From positions 34,899-98,898 of the forward strand of contig JAAYEH010000400.1 in assembly GCA_012728855.1 (NCBI GenBank): a stretch of 64,000 nucleotides of DNA, read 5' to 3'. Shown in pieces: positions 50,084 through 60,035 of this stretch. The notes below the pieces were generated by a model. That model did no database searches. It had not been told where the DNA came from and saw only the letters and a list, made by a program, of their open reading frames with translations. How positions within the stretch are numbered: position 1 is the stretch's first letter; each line of letters begins with the position of its first letter. Origin of the DNA: Rhodopirellula sp. Lineage in GTDB: Bacteria > Planctomycetota > Planctomycetia > Pirellulales > Thermoguttaceae. The position numbers and the translations under genes were made by a program.

Positions 50084-50980
50084 CTAGCCTTCCGTTTCCA
50101 GGATTCCCAACTGCACCAGCTTCGCCCGGCATTCATCGCGTTCGCGGCAGCGGGTCAGTTCCGCCCAACTCGGATCCTGCGCCGCCAAGAAATCGTCTTC
50201 GGTGGTGCCGGCGAGGCTCTTCTGCGCCAGCCGTGCGATCACCCCGCGATCCAGCCGCGTCAACGACATTGCCTCCAGGCGGTAATCGACAAACGCTTCC
50301 CAGACGGTCGGAAACAACGGCTGGACGATTTTCTCTCCGATCGTCTGCGCATACGCCCGGATTTCCTGCTGGGCATGCACATTCATCCTCAGCGCCAGGA
50401 AGTGCAGCAGATTGTGCAGATCGATCTTCCAGTAGGCTTCCGTATACGTGGAAAGGGGCAGATCCTTGCGGGCCTGCTCCCGCGCCACCCCCAGCGCCAG
50501 GCGCCGCTGGTACATCGCCCGCGCCTGCTTTTGGAACTGAACTTCCTCGGCGGTTAAATCGGCGCCCAGTTGGTCGTCGAGCGCGCCCTCGCTCCCCTGG
50601 CGATTGCCGCTCGCCTGCACGCGCCAGCCGTCGGGCGGCGTCGTCTGCGCGGCCTCGATGGCCACCGAGTAGCGGGTGCTGTACTCGTTCGTCGAGGCCA
50701 TGCGGTGCCGGATCCACTGCCGCCAGCAGTCCATCGGCACGCGGACCAACAACTTCACCTCGACCATCTCGAACGGCGTGGTGTGCTGGTGCCGCATGAG
50801 GTATCGAATCAGGGTCCGATCGTCCGACACGCGGCGCGTCCCCTCGCCGTAGCTGACGCGGGCGGCCTCGACGATCGACTCATCGTCACCCATCGCGTCG
50901 ACCAGACAAACGAACCCGTCGTCGAGGACCGGAAATTTCTTCCATCGCAACGGTTCGAGAACGGCGGTATTGCTGGGCAT
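50084..50980 (-). CDS. thyX: FAD-dependent thymidylate synthase ThyX
   Basis: ThyX motif RHRMASTNEYSTRYS. Start moved to ATG 50980. Confidence 0.9.
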   Translation of the reverse strand: MPSNTAVLEPLRWKKFPVLDDGFVCLVDAMGDDESIVEAARVSYGEGTRRVSDDRTLIRYLMRHQHTTPFEMVEVKLLVRVPMDCWRQWIRHRMASTNEYSTRYSVAIEAAQTTPPDGWRVQASGNRQGSEGALDDQLGADLTAEEVQFQKQARAMYQRRLALGVAREQARKDLPLSTYTEAYWKIDLHNLLHFLALRMNVHAQQEIRAYAQTIGEKIVQPLFPTVWEAFVDYRLEAMSLTRLDRGVIARLAQKSLAGTTEDDFLAAQDPSWAELTRCRERDECRAKLVQLGILETEG

Positions 50981-51009
50981 CCTTGGCACTTTCTTGGCGG
51001 AATATCCGG

Positions 51010-51267
51010 CTACTTTGCCTGCAGTTCTTGGACGAGATTGGCTAAGAGCGTCGGGTTGTCGCTCTCGACGAGGTGATCGATTCGGCTTTGTGGCACGCCG
51101 GCTTTCTCCAGAGCGGGAACAATTTGCTTCCACACCCGTTGGCGAGCTTTTCCCTCGGCCAGATAGAGATCGGTCACCAACTCACTCAGCCGTTGGACGC
51201 CGATCGCATCGCGGTTCTGATAATAGTTTCGGATGATACGGTCTTGGTAAGAGGATTTCTTGGCCAT
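51010..51267 (-). CDS. Small hypothetical protein (85 aa)
   Basis: MAKKSSYQDRIIRNYYQNRDAIGVQRLSELVTDLYLAEGKARQRVW.. Lies immediately upstream of thyX on the same strand. Confidence 0.55.
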   Translation of the reverse strand: MAKKSSYQDRIIRNYYQNRDAIGVQRLSELVTDLYLAEGKARQRVWKQIVPALEKAGVPQSRIDHLVESDNPTLLANLVQELQAK

Positions 51268-51448
51268 GCGTCGGCGACAACTCCTGCGAAGACTGCGATT
51301 GAATTCGGTTCGGACACTACCTGGTCGAACAACTCATGATAGAGTTTTCGGCGCTCTCCGCCAGCCGCCATCGTGGAAACACGGCATTGCCGGCGCGCGC
51401 TCCCCTCCAGCCCTTCCGTCTTCCCCGCCGGTCCTCTACCATTCCCCA

Positions 51449-53068
51449 ATGCCCATTACGAACCGACATCCACTCATTCGCGGGGCGAGCGTCACCAGCC
51501 TGGGCACCCTGGCAAGCCGGGGGCTGGGGATGCTCCGCGATATGGCCACAGCGGCTCTATTTGGCATGTCAGGTGGGGGGGTTATGGATGCCTTTGTACT
51601 CGCTTTTCGCATTCCTAACCTCTTCCGGCGGCTTTTCGGCGAGGGCGCCTTGGCCGCCAGCTACCTGCCCGTGTTGACGGGAGAACTCCAACGCGATCGG
51701 CGAGCGGCCTGGCAATTGGTGAGCGTCGGGCTGGTCTGGCTTGCCGTTATTCTTGGACTGCTGGTGGTTGTTCTGGAGCTTGGACTGGCAGCGATCTGGC
51801 TCGCCTGGGGCGACGTGCCGCGAGTGCGGCTGGTAACCACGCTGACGGCGGTAATGATGCCCTACGTGATCTTCATCTGCCTGGCTGCGCAGGTATCGGC
51901 CACGTTGCATGCCCTGGGGCGATTCGGGGTGGCGGCCCTTTCGCCGGCGGTGTTGAACATCGTCTGGCTGCTGGCGGTTTGGGGCATCGCCCCCTTCTTC
52001 GCTCCCAATCAGCAGGCACAGGCGCACGTGTTGGCCCTGGCGGTGACCATCGGCGGGGTTCTGCAACTTCTGGCGCAATGGCCCGATCTGGTTGCGGCCG
52101 GGTTCCGGTTCGACTACGCCTGGGCCAACGCCCGCGACGCTTTGGTCCGGATCCTCCGCGCCATGGGGCCGATGGTATTGGGATTGACGATTACGCAGAT
52201 CAATACTCTGCTGGATAGCCTGATTGCCTGGGGATTCTCGTCCGGTGCGGCCGGACCGGAGCAGATCGCATGGCTGCCGGGCCAACTGCATTACCCGATG
52301 CAACAGGGGGCCGTGGCCGCCATCTACTTCGGCGAACGGCTGTACCAGTTTCCGCTGGGGCTGCTCGGCCTGGCCGTCGCCACGGCGATCTTTCCGTTGC
52401 TGAGCCGCCATGCCGCCCGCGGCGACCGCCGCCGGTTTGGCGAAGATCTGACGCTGGGCTGCCGTCTGGTGTTGTTTCTCGGGCTGCCGGCCAGCGCCGG
52501 CCTGGTGCTTTTGGCCGGGCCGATCACACAACTCCTCTTCGAGCGAGGAGAGTTCACTGCGGACGATTCCGTGCGCGCGGCGACGATGATCGCGGTTTAT
52601 GGCTCCGGGGTTTGGGCCTACTGCGCGTTGCATGTGCTCGTCCGCGGCTACTATGCACTGGGCGACCGGATCACACCGATGAAGATCGGCGCGGCGATCG
52701 TGGTTCTGAACTTCGCGCTGAATATGCTTTTGGTCTGGCCGTTTGCCGAGGCCGGGCTGGCCCTGGCAACCGCGTTGACCGCGGGGCTCCAGGTTCTCCT
52801 GCTGATGACGGTGTTTTCCCGCCGCCAGAGTCATCTTGGCTGGCGCCCGCTGATCGCGACCGCCCTGCGCACCTCCCTGGCCACCTTCTTGATGACCGCC
52901 GCCGGTTGGGCTACGCTCGCTTGGCTGCCGACCGCCGGAGGACTGACTGCTGAGTTCGTTCGCGTCCTGCTGCCATTGGGTGTGTGTACTCTCGTTTATT
53001 TTGCAGCCATCGCGGTTTTTGCGCGGAACGAATTCCGGATGCTTTACGCAGTGGACAAGAGTTCGTAG
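51449..53068 (+). CDS. murJ: Lipid II flippase MurJ (MviN)
   Basis: GLGMLRDMATAALFGMSGGGVMDAFVLAFRIPNLFRRLFGEGALAASYLPVL, plus about 14 TM helices. Confidence 0.9.
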   Translation: MPITNRHPLIRGASVTSLGTLASRGLGMLRDMATAALFGMSGGGVMDAFVLAFRIPNLFRRLFGEGALAASYLPVLTGELQRDRRAAWQLVSVGLVWLAVILGLLVVVLELGLAAIWLAWGDVPRVRLVTTLTAVMMPYVIFICLAAQVSATLHALGRFGVAALSPAVLNIVWLLAVWGIAPFFAPNQQAQAHVLALAVTIGGVLQLLAQWPDLVAAGFRFDYAWANARDALVRILRAMGPMVLGLTITQINTLLDSLIAWGFSSGAAGPEQIAWLPGQLHYPMQQGAVAAIYFGERLYQFPLGLLGLAVATAIFPLLSRHAARGDRRRFGEDLTLGCRLVLFLGLPASAGLVLLAGPITQLLFERGEFTADDSVRAATMIAVYGSGVWAYCALHVLVRGYYALGDRITPMKIGAAIVVLNFALNMLLVWPFAEAGLALATALTAGLQVLLLMTVFSRRQSHLGWRPLIATALRTSLATFLMTAAGWATLAWLPTAGGLTAEFVRVLLPLGVCTLVYFAAIAVFARNEFRMLYAVDKSS

Positions 53069-53244
53069 ACAGTTCTGTAATTCATGCAAAGGCTTCCTTT
53101 TGAATCTGTAGTTCTTCGGGAACTCGCGTGGTATAGGGGTGCGAGGAGTAGTAGAATAGAGTCGGTTCCTCGAAGCGGACCGCCCCGATGGGGGCACCGT
53201 GTGCGGGTAAACGTGGATTGAGTAGCGTCAAGTGGAGGTGCGGA

Positions 53245-53469
53245 ATGGTCGATCTCACCGTTCGGGTTCCCGATGAGCTTCGCGACAAGGCCGTGCTGGC
53301 CGCTCGACAGCGTGGCCTTACGTTGGATGAGTTCATCCAGTTCTGTCTATCGTCTGCTGTCGACCGCGGGCAAGATGCCCTGTTTTCCGACTCCGCCGTC
53401 TTCACCGGAGACGTGCCTTCCGACATTTCGATAGACCACGACCGCTACTTGTACGGAGGCGACTCGTGA
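53245..53469 (+). CDS. vapB: RHH/CopG-type antitoxin (VapB-like)
   Basis: MVDLTVRVPDELRDKAVLAARQRGLTLDEFIQFCL. SD GGAGG. Its stop overlaps the GTG of the PIN gene (GTGA). Confidence 0.65.
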   Translation: MVDLTVRVPDELRDKAVLAARQRGLTLDEFIQFCLSSAVDRGQDALFSDSAVFTGDVPSDISIDHDRYLYGGDS

Positions 53470-53867
53470 TTTTTGTCGATACTTCCGCCTTTCTTGCCCG
53501 CTACATCGAAAACGACCAATTCCACGATGCTGCCACGGCGTACTGGGATACGCTTGCGTCCGGCAGTACCCCATGTGTTACGTCGAATTTCGTGATTGAC
53601 GAGACCATAACGCTGCTGGCCAGACGTACCACTGGCCGTTTTGCCACGGAACGCGCCCGACAGATTTACGCATCCGCGGCTTTGCAGGTTTTGAGGCCAG
53701 ACGAGGCCGACGAAACGGCAGCCGTCGTCATTCTCGAACGATACGCCGACCATGAGTTCAGTTTCACGGATTGTCTATCGTTCGTGCTCATGAGGCGGCA
53801 TCGGATATCGGAAGCGTTTACGTTTGATGCCCATTTTTCGGTCGCGGGTTTCAGCGTTCGGCCGTAA
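53466..53867 (+). CDS. vapC: PIN-domain toxin VapC
   Basis: IFVDTSAFLARYIENDQ..NFVIDETITLL..FSFTDCLSFVLMRRHRISEAFTFDAHF (acidic PIN residues D, E, D, D). Confidence 0.85.
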   Translation: MIFVDTSAFLARYIENDQFHDAATAYWDTLASGSTPCVTSNFVIDETITLLARRTTGRFATERARQIYASAALQVLRPDEADETAAVVILERYADHEFSFTDCLSFVLMRRHRISEAFTFDAHFSVAGFSVRP

Positions 53868-54033
53868 CCGACTCGATTCCGATTCGGCGATATAACCGTT
53901 GCCGAGCACCTTTTGTCGCCTTATCACGAATTCCCTTCGCGGTCACCCCGTCGCGTCCCCGCCCGCCGCGCGTTACAATGCCCGCAGCCTGAGAACCATT
54001 CCGTTTTGATATCCCGCCTCAAGGAGACCCGCC

Positions 54034-56442
54034 ATGACATTGCCTTGCCTGATGCTGCTAACAGCGCTGGGCGCCGCCGCCCACGAAAAAGTGATCGACG
54101 CGTTCGAGTACCCCAGTCCCGAGGCCGCTCGGCAGGCCTGGGTCGCTTCCGGCGGCACACCCCAGCCGCTCGCCGTTACGCACTCAGGTCGCAAGATGTT
54201 GGAGTTCGAGGCCCCCTTCGCCAGCCAGCCCGACCTGTCACGGACCATCCTCGATCGCGACGTGAGCCTGGATCTCTCCGTCCCGGGCGAGTTCTCCCTC
54301 GATCTGGCGGCCGAAAACACCGAGGCCATCGGGTCGGTGAACCTCTATTTCCGCAGCGGCGGCGGGTGGTACTCGGCCAGCGCCGGCGTGCAGAAAGCGG
54401 GCTGGCAGACGTTGCGGTATTCCAAGGCATCGTTCCGCATCGAGGACAAGCCGGCCGGCTGGAACAAGATCGACGGTATCCGCATCTCCATCTGGCGAGG
54501 CCAGCCGAAAGACTCGCGGATCCGATTGGCAAAGTTGGCGGCCCAATACCATGATGTCGCCCTGGTCATTCCCGCCGCCGGCTCACAAGAGGGCGGCGAG
54601 ATCCGCGCCGCCTTGAGCACCGCCGAAACCGTCGCCGGCATGATCTCCGAACTGGGGCTCGGCTCCGACGCCGTGGAAGACACGGCCATCGCCCGCGGCG
54701 CGTTGGGCGATCGGCTGGTCGCTATACTCGCCTACAATCCCGGCATCGACTCCGAGGCCGTCGAGGGCCTCGTCCGTTTCGTCGAGAAAGGCGGCAAGGT
54801 GCTGGCGTGCTACCAGTTACCCCCAGCGTTAGGGAAGGCTCTGGGGTTCGATCGAGCCGAGTACATCCGGCCGGACAAGCCCGGCACATTCTCTCAGGTG
54901 CGTTTTGAGGAGGGCATCCCCGGCATGCCGTCGGCGGTGAAACAGTCGTCGTGGAACATCACTACGGCGCGGCCCGCCGGAGAAAACGCCCAAGTCATCG
55001 GCTGGTGGTATGACGAAGAAGGCAAGCCGACCGAGCAGCCGGCACTATTGATGAGCGACAAAGGCGCTTTCTTTACTCACATTATCCTCTCCGATGACTA
55101 CGCCCCGAAGAAGCAGATGCTGGCCGCCTTGCTCGGCAAGCTGGCTTCGCCGCTGTGGGACGAGATGGCAAAAAATGCGTTGGCGGGCGTGGTTCAGGTC
55201 GGCCACTTGAGCAACCTGGCCGAGGTCGATCAGTTCGTCAAGTCGGCCGGTGACGCGGCCGCGCTGGAGCGGCTCGATGCTGCCGCGAAGTCGATGCAAA
55301 CGGCGCGGCAGGAATACTCTGCCGGCAAGTATCCGCAATCGATCGAGTCGGCGCGGAAGACCCATGAACTGCTGGTGGAAGCCTATCTCCGTTCGATTCC
55401 CAGTCCGACGATCGAAGGGCGGGCATGGTGGAACCATTCCGGCACGGGCGCCTATCCGGGCGATTGGGACCGCACCTGCAAAGAGCTGGCCGCGGGCGGG
55501 TTCAATATGATTCTGCCCAACATGCTCTGGGGCGGTCTGGCGCACTACCCCAGCGAGATCCTGCCGCAAAGCTCCACGTACCGGGAACTGGGCGACCAGA
55601 TTCAGCAGTGCGTCGAGGCGGCGAAGAAGCACGGCCTCGAGGTGCATGTCTGGAAGGTGAACCATAATCTCTCCAACGCGCCGAAGGATTTCATTGCCAG
55701 GCTCCGCAAAGAGGGCCGCACCCAGGTGAACGTCCGCGGCGAGCCGCACGACTGGATCTGCCCCTCGCACCCCGAGAACCAGAAGCTCGAACGCGAAAGC
55801 ATGCTCGAAGTGGCCCGCAAGTACGATGTGGACGGCCTGCATTTCGACTACATCCGCTATCCCGGCCGCGAGTTCTGTTATTGCGATGGCTGCCGCCAAC
55901 GGTTCCAGGCCGACGCCGGAGTGGAAGTGGCCAACTGGCCGCAGGACTGCTACTCCGGTTCGCTCAAGGACAAGTACCACGATTGGCGATGCGACCAAAT
56001 CACGAAGCTGGTGTCGTCGGTTTACGCGGAAGCGAAGAAGATCGAGCCGTCGATCCAGATCTCCGCCGCCGTCTTCGGATCGTATCCCGATTGCCGTATC
56101 TCCATCGGCCAGGACTGGGTTCAATGGGCGAAGGCCGGGTACGTCGATTTCCTTTGCCCGATGGACTACACCGACAGCGACCAGCGGTTCATCAACCTGG
56201 TGAGCAATCAGCTTCGGTTGGTGGAGGGAAAGGTGCCGCTCTACCCGGGTATCGGCGCGACGTCGTCCAATTCGACGCTGCCGGCGGACCGTGTCGCCGG
56301 CCAGGTCCATCACTGTCGTGAACTGGGCGCTGCCGGCTTCACGATTTTCAATCTCAGCAAGGGAACGCTGGAGTCGATCGCTCCCGCCTTCGCCCTCGGC
56401 CCCGGAAAAGAGAAAGCGGTCCCGCCGCACGGGAAACAATAG
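54034..56442 (+). CDS. Glycoside-hydrolase-like GHL10 (DUF187/YngK family) protein with an N-terminal sensor/CBM-like region
   Basis: GFNMILPNMLWGGLAHYPS..HVWKVNHNL..DGLHFDYIRYPG..DFLCPMDYT. Confidence 0.8.
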   Translation: MTLPCLMLLTALGAAAHEKVIDAFEYPSPEAARQAWVASGGTPQPLAVTHSGRKMLEFEAPFASQPDLSRTILDRDVSLDLSVPGEFSLDLAAENTEAIGSVNLYFRSGGGWYSASAGVQKAGWQTLRYSKASFRIEDKPAGWNKIDGIRISIWRGQPKDSRIRLAKLAAQYHDVALVIPAAGSQEGGEIRAALSTAETVAGMISELGLGSDAVEDTAIARGALGDRLVAILAYNPGIDSEAVEGLVRFVEKGGKVLACYQLPPALGKALGFDRAEYIRPDKPGTFSQVRFEEGIPGMPSAVKQSSWNITTARPAGENAQVIGWWYDEEGKPTEQPALLMSDKGAFFTHIILSDDYAPKKQMLAALLGKLASPLWDEMAKNALAGVVQVGHLSNLAEVDQFVKSAGDAAALERLDAAAKSMQTARQEYSAGKYPQSIESARKTHELLVEAYLRSIPSPTIEGRAWWNHSGTGAYPGDWDRTCKELAAGGFNMILPNMLWGGLAHYPSEILPQSSTYRELGDQIQQCVEAAKKHGLEVHVWKVNHNLSNAPKDFIARLRKEGRTQVNVRGEPHDWICPSHPENQKLERESMLEVARKYDVDGLHFDYIRYPGREFCYCDGCRQRFQADAGVEVANWPQDCYSGSLKDKYHDWRCDQITKLVSSVYAEAKKIEPSIQISAAVFGSYPDCRISIGQDWVQWAKAGYVDFLCPMDYTDSDQRFINLVSNQLRLVEGKVPLYPGIGATSSNSTLPADRVAGQVHHCRELGAAGFTIFNLSKGTLESIAPAFALGPGKEKAVPPHGKQ

Positions 56443-56488
56443 CCAACAGGCCAGAAGCCACGAAGAAAATAGGTGTCGCAACCAAGAA

Positions 56489-56579
56489 GGGGTCGGGAGT
56501 CTTTTTCCGTATCGGCCGTCGACCGCGTTGAGTTTACCGAGCGGCGGTGAGGCCGATACGGAAAAAGACTCCCGACCCC
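56489..56579. repeat. Nested-palindrome element, short form, copy B (core inverted relative to copy A)
   Basis: Same 28-30 bp stems as 25247-25338 and the same 5' flank CAACCAAGAA. The reverse complement of the core shares CACCGCCGCTCG with copy A. Confidence 0.85.
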
Positions 56580-56798
56580 CTTGGGCGACCAAGGCCGGTT
56601 GCGAGCCTGCCCCACGACGCATTGCTGTCGATCGGGCGGGTGGTTGGAAGAATACAGCCCGGCGAAAAGCCCGCCTTTCCCCTCGTGGGAGGGTGTGATA
56701 GGTTCTGCCGACAACCAACGGATGACTCGCCGCGTAAGATGATTTGCCGGAAAGCCTTTGCCAATTCACTCTGCCGAAAGTCACGAGGACAACACCCA

Positions 56799-59498
56799 AT
56801 GAAGTTTGCACGCTTTGCCTGTGGCCTATTCGCCCTTTTCGCACTGGTGCTGGGTTCCACGGCCTCAGGCGCGGACTCGCCGCCCCCCTCGGGTGGCAAG
56901 CCGCAGCCGAAGCCGGCCGAATCCTCGCAGCCGCAGTACACCAGTGTTCAAAAACTGCCTGACTCCATCACGCTGGCAACGCTTGCCAACGGGCTGACGG
57001 TTCTCGTCCAGGAGAACCACGTTGCCCCGGTGGCCACGGTGCGTTGTTACGTGAAAAACACAGGAAGCGCCTTTGAAGGCAAACATCTCGGGGCCGGCTT
57101 GAGCCACGTGCTGGAGCACGTGGTCTCCGGCGGCACCAATACGAAACGGGGCGAGAAGGAAATCGAGCGGATCATCGATACCTTCGGCGGCGCGACGAAT
57201 GCCTATACCACCACCGATATGACCGCCTACTTCATCGACTGTCCGGCCGACCGCGCGATGACGGCGATCGAGTTGGTGGCCGATTCGATGCAACGAATCA
57301 CGTTCGAGCCGGAGGAGTTTGAGCGCGAACTCCGCGTCGTGCGGCGGGAACTCGCCGACGGCGAGGTGAGCCGCAATCGCGTCCTTTGGAAGTTGCTTAG
57401 CCAGACGGTGTATACGGAGCATCCCGTGCGGCACCCGGTGATCGGCTATATCGACGTGTTGAATTCCACCACGAATCAAACGATTGTCGACTTTTACCGC
57501 CAGCGCTACGTGCCGAACAACCAGGTCTTTGTCGTCGTCGGCGATGTCGACACCGAGGCGGTTCTCCAGCAGGTGGCCAAACAATGGACGGGCACGCCCC
57601 GCGCCGCCGAGACCTACGTGGCGATGGTCGAGGAACCGGAGCAACTCGCCCCGCGCGAAGCCGTCAGCGAGATGGACGGCACGACCTACGATTTCGCCCT
57701 GGCCTGGCCCACGGTCGAGTTGTCCGATCCGGACCTGTACGCTTTGGACGTTGCCGCCTACATTCTCGGCGAGGGGGACAGCTCGAGACTGGTGCGTAAA
57801 TTGAAATATGACGACCAATTGGTCCTCTCCGTCAGTTCCGCCAGCTACACCCCTTCGTTCGTCAACGGCTGGTTCGGCGTCTTCGCCGTCGCCCGCCCGG
57901 AAACCTGGCAGAAGGCCAACGACGCCATCCTCCGCGAGGTCTACCGGCTCCGCGACGAACCGGTCAGCGAGGCCGAACTCGCCAAGGCCAAGAAGCAGAA
58001 AGCGGCCGAGTTGGTCTTCGGCCGCCAAAAAGTCCAGGACGCGGCCGAAAGCCTGGGGCAAAGCTTTCTCTCCGCAGCCGACCCCCTCTTCGACCGCAAG
58101 TACGTGGAGAATATCGAAAAGGTCACTGCCGAGCAGATCCGGCAGGTGGCGAATAAGTACTTTACTCCAGCGAAACTCAATCGAGTGGTCATCGCGCCGC
58201 CGGGCGGATCGCCCAAAACCGAGCAGGTCAACGCGGCGGGCAAAGAGGGAGACATTCGCGAAGTCGCGCTTCCCAACGGGCTGAAGGTTCTCCTGAAACA
58301 GCACTCTCACCTCCCTCTGGTGAACATCCAGGCGTATGTCCTGGCGGGCGGACTGGTCGACACGGAGAAGACGGCCGGGCGTTCCGCGCTGGTCGGCTCG
58401 ATGCTGGATAAGGGAACCGAGGGCTACACCGCCGAGCAGATCGCCGATTACTTCGATTCGATCGGCGGCCAAATCTCTACCACAGCGGGCCGGAGCACGG
58501 TTTACGGCAGCGCGACTACCTTGAAGGAGGACTTTCCGAAGGCGGCCGACCTCTTTGCCCGCTGTTTTACCCGACCCGAGTTTCCGCAGTCCGAATTCCA
58601 GAAGGTCAAGAAGTTGGCCCTCGGGGCGATTGCCCGTCGCGCCGACGACCCGCAACAGGAAACACTGGAACTGTTCTACGACAGTCTGCCGGCCACCTCC
58701 CCCTACCATCTCCTGCAGGGAGGCAAGCACGAAACGGTCGAGGCGCTGACCGCCGAGGATCTGAGGGCCTATCACGAGAAGTACTTCGTGCCGAACAACA
58801 TGGTGGTGACCGTGTTTGGCGACATCGAGCCCGAAAAGGCCCTGGAAATCGTCAAGAAGGGTTTCGGCCACCTCAAACCGGCGCCGGACTTCAAGCCGAT
58901 CGACTTCCAACGCGATAACGTTATCCCCAAGTCGACCGCGAAGCACAAACAGACCGCCAAGGAAACGGGCATGGTCGTGCTCGGCTATGAGGGGACGAGC
59001 ATTTTCGATAAGAAGGACCAAGCCGCAATGACGCTGTTGGACGCCATCATGTCCGGCTACAACTATCCCGGCGGATGGCTGCACAACGCCCTGCGCGGCG
59101 AAGGGCTGGTCTACTACGTCCATGCCTTCCAGATCACCGGGCCCGCGCCCGGGTTCTTCGCGGTCATGGCGCAAACCGAGCCAGACAAGATCCGCTCGGT
59201 GGTCGAGCGGATCCAAGGCTTCATCGACCGCGCTAAAGCCGGCGAGATCTCGGAAGACGAATTCCTCACGGCGCAGCAGATGGTCATCGCGCTGCACGCC
59301 CAGGACAACACGACGATCAGCGAGCAAGCCCAGCAGGCCGCGCTCGACGAGTTATACGGCCTCGGCTACGACTACGACAAAGGCTTTGACGAGCGAATTC
59401 GCGCCGTAACGCGGGACGACGTCGTCCGTGTGGCCAAGAAATACCTCGGCGATCATGTGCTGGTAACCAGCTCGCCGAAACCGGCTAAAGCGGAGTAG
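56799..59498 (+). CDS. Tandem M16 (pitrilysin/insulinase) peptidase, two M16 units in one polypeptide
   Basis: Signal peptide. Inverted zinc motif HVLEH with downstream REL..E. The second half is an M16 inactive-type unit. RBS GAGGA precedes ATG 56799. Confidence 0.88.
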   Translation: MKFARFACGLFALFALVLGSTASGADSPPPSGGKPQPKPAESSQPQYTSVQKLPDSITLATLANGLTVLVQENHVAPVATVRCYVKNTGSAFEGKHLGAGLSHVLEHVVSGGTNTKRGEKEIERIIDTFGGATNAYTTTDMTAYFIDCPADRAMTAIELVADSMQRITFEPEEFERELRVVRRELADGEVSRNRVLWKLLSQTVYTEHPVRHPVIGYIDVLNSTTNQTIVDFYRQRYVPNNQVFVVVGDVDTEAVLQQVAKQWTGTPRAAETYVAMVEEPEQLAPREAVSEMDGTTYDFALAWPTVELSDPDLYALDVAAYILGEGDSSRLVRKLKYDDQLVLSVSSASYTPSFVNGWFGVFAVARPETWQKANDAILREVYRLRDEPVSEAELAKAKKQKAAELVFGRQKVQDAAESLGQSFLSAADPLFDRKYVENIEKVTAEQIRQVANKYFTPAKLNRVVIAPPGGSPKTEQVNAAGKEGDIREVALPNGLKVLLKQHSHLPLVNIQAYVLAGGLVDTEKTAGRSALVGSMLDKGTEGYTAEQIADYFDSIGGQISTTAGRSTVYGSATTLKEDFPKAADLFARCFTRPEFPQSEFQKVKKLALGAIARRADDPQQETLELFYDSLPATSPYHLLQGGKHETVEALTAEDLRAYHEKYFVPNNMVVTVFGDIEPEKALEIVKKGFGHLKPAPDFKPIDFQRDNVIPKSTAKHKQTAKETGMVVLGYEGTSIFDKKDQAAMTLLDAIMSGYNYPGGWLHNALRGEGLVYYVHAFQITGPAPGFFAVMAQTEPDKIRSVVERIQGFIDRAKAGEISEDEFLTAQQMVIALHAQDNTTISEQAQQAALDELYGLGYDYDKGFDERIRAVTRDDVVRVAKKYLGDHVLVTSSPKPAKAE

Positions 59499-59544
59499 GT
59501 TGGGGCTTTGGAGTGCGCACGACTTGTCGCCGCTTTCCTTCTAA

Positions 59545-59729
59545 GGATCGGCGAATGAATAACTGTCGTGAGATGAACGCAGAAAGGGGTCGGGAGTCTT
59601 TTTTTCCTGTCGGCCGCGCGATGGTTTCGCGTATGGATAGACGCTTTTCGGCCGACAGGAAAAAAAGACTCCCGACCCCCTCGGCCCCGCCACTGCCGGT
59701 AAACACAACAGTTATTCATTCGCCGATCC
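59545..59729. repeat. Nested-palindrome MITE-like element, long form, copy 2 (perfect 22-bp terminal inverted repeats)
   Basis: GGATCGGCGAATGAATAACTGT (59545-59566) and ACAGTTATTCATTCGCCGATCC (59708-59729). Inner stems at 59586-59616 and 59649-59679. TAA on both flanks. Confidence 0.85.
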
Positions 59730-59934
59730 TAATACTTCTTCTCGCGGCCTTCCCCGGTTTTCGGCGATTCGGTGCGGGTCGTGCGCCAATCACGACTCTT
59801 TCGAAGGATCGCCTTTCCCGGGCTGCCGATCTTGCAGTTCCAGAGAGAAGGAAGGAAAGAAAGCGGTAACAGGTCACGCACACTCCAAAGCCGAAGCTGT
59901 GTGTCGACCACCCCCCGCAGCGCCGAGCAGGGCA

Positions 59935-59961
59935 GGTTTCCGCTCGGCAAGCGGAACCTAC
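59935..59961 (-). repeat. GTAG-headed REP hairpin
   Basis: The minus strand reads GTAG+GTTCCGCTTGCCGAGCGGAAACC (one bulged base). Confidence 0.75.
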
Positions 59962-60035
59962 GAAGTTGATCTTGCCGTGTTCCTCCGCTATCCTGACTGG
60001 CATGGAATGATGCTGGCAATTGGGAGGGACTTTCG

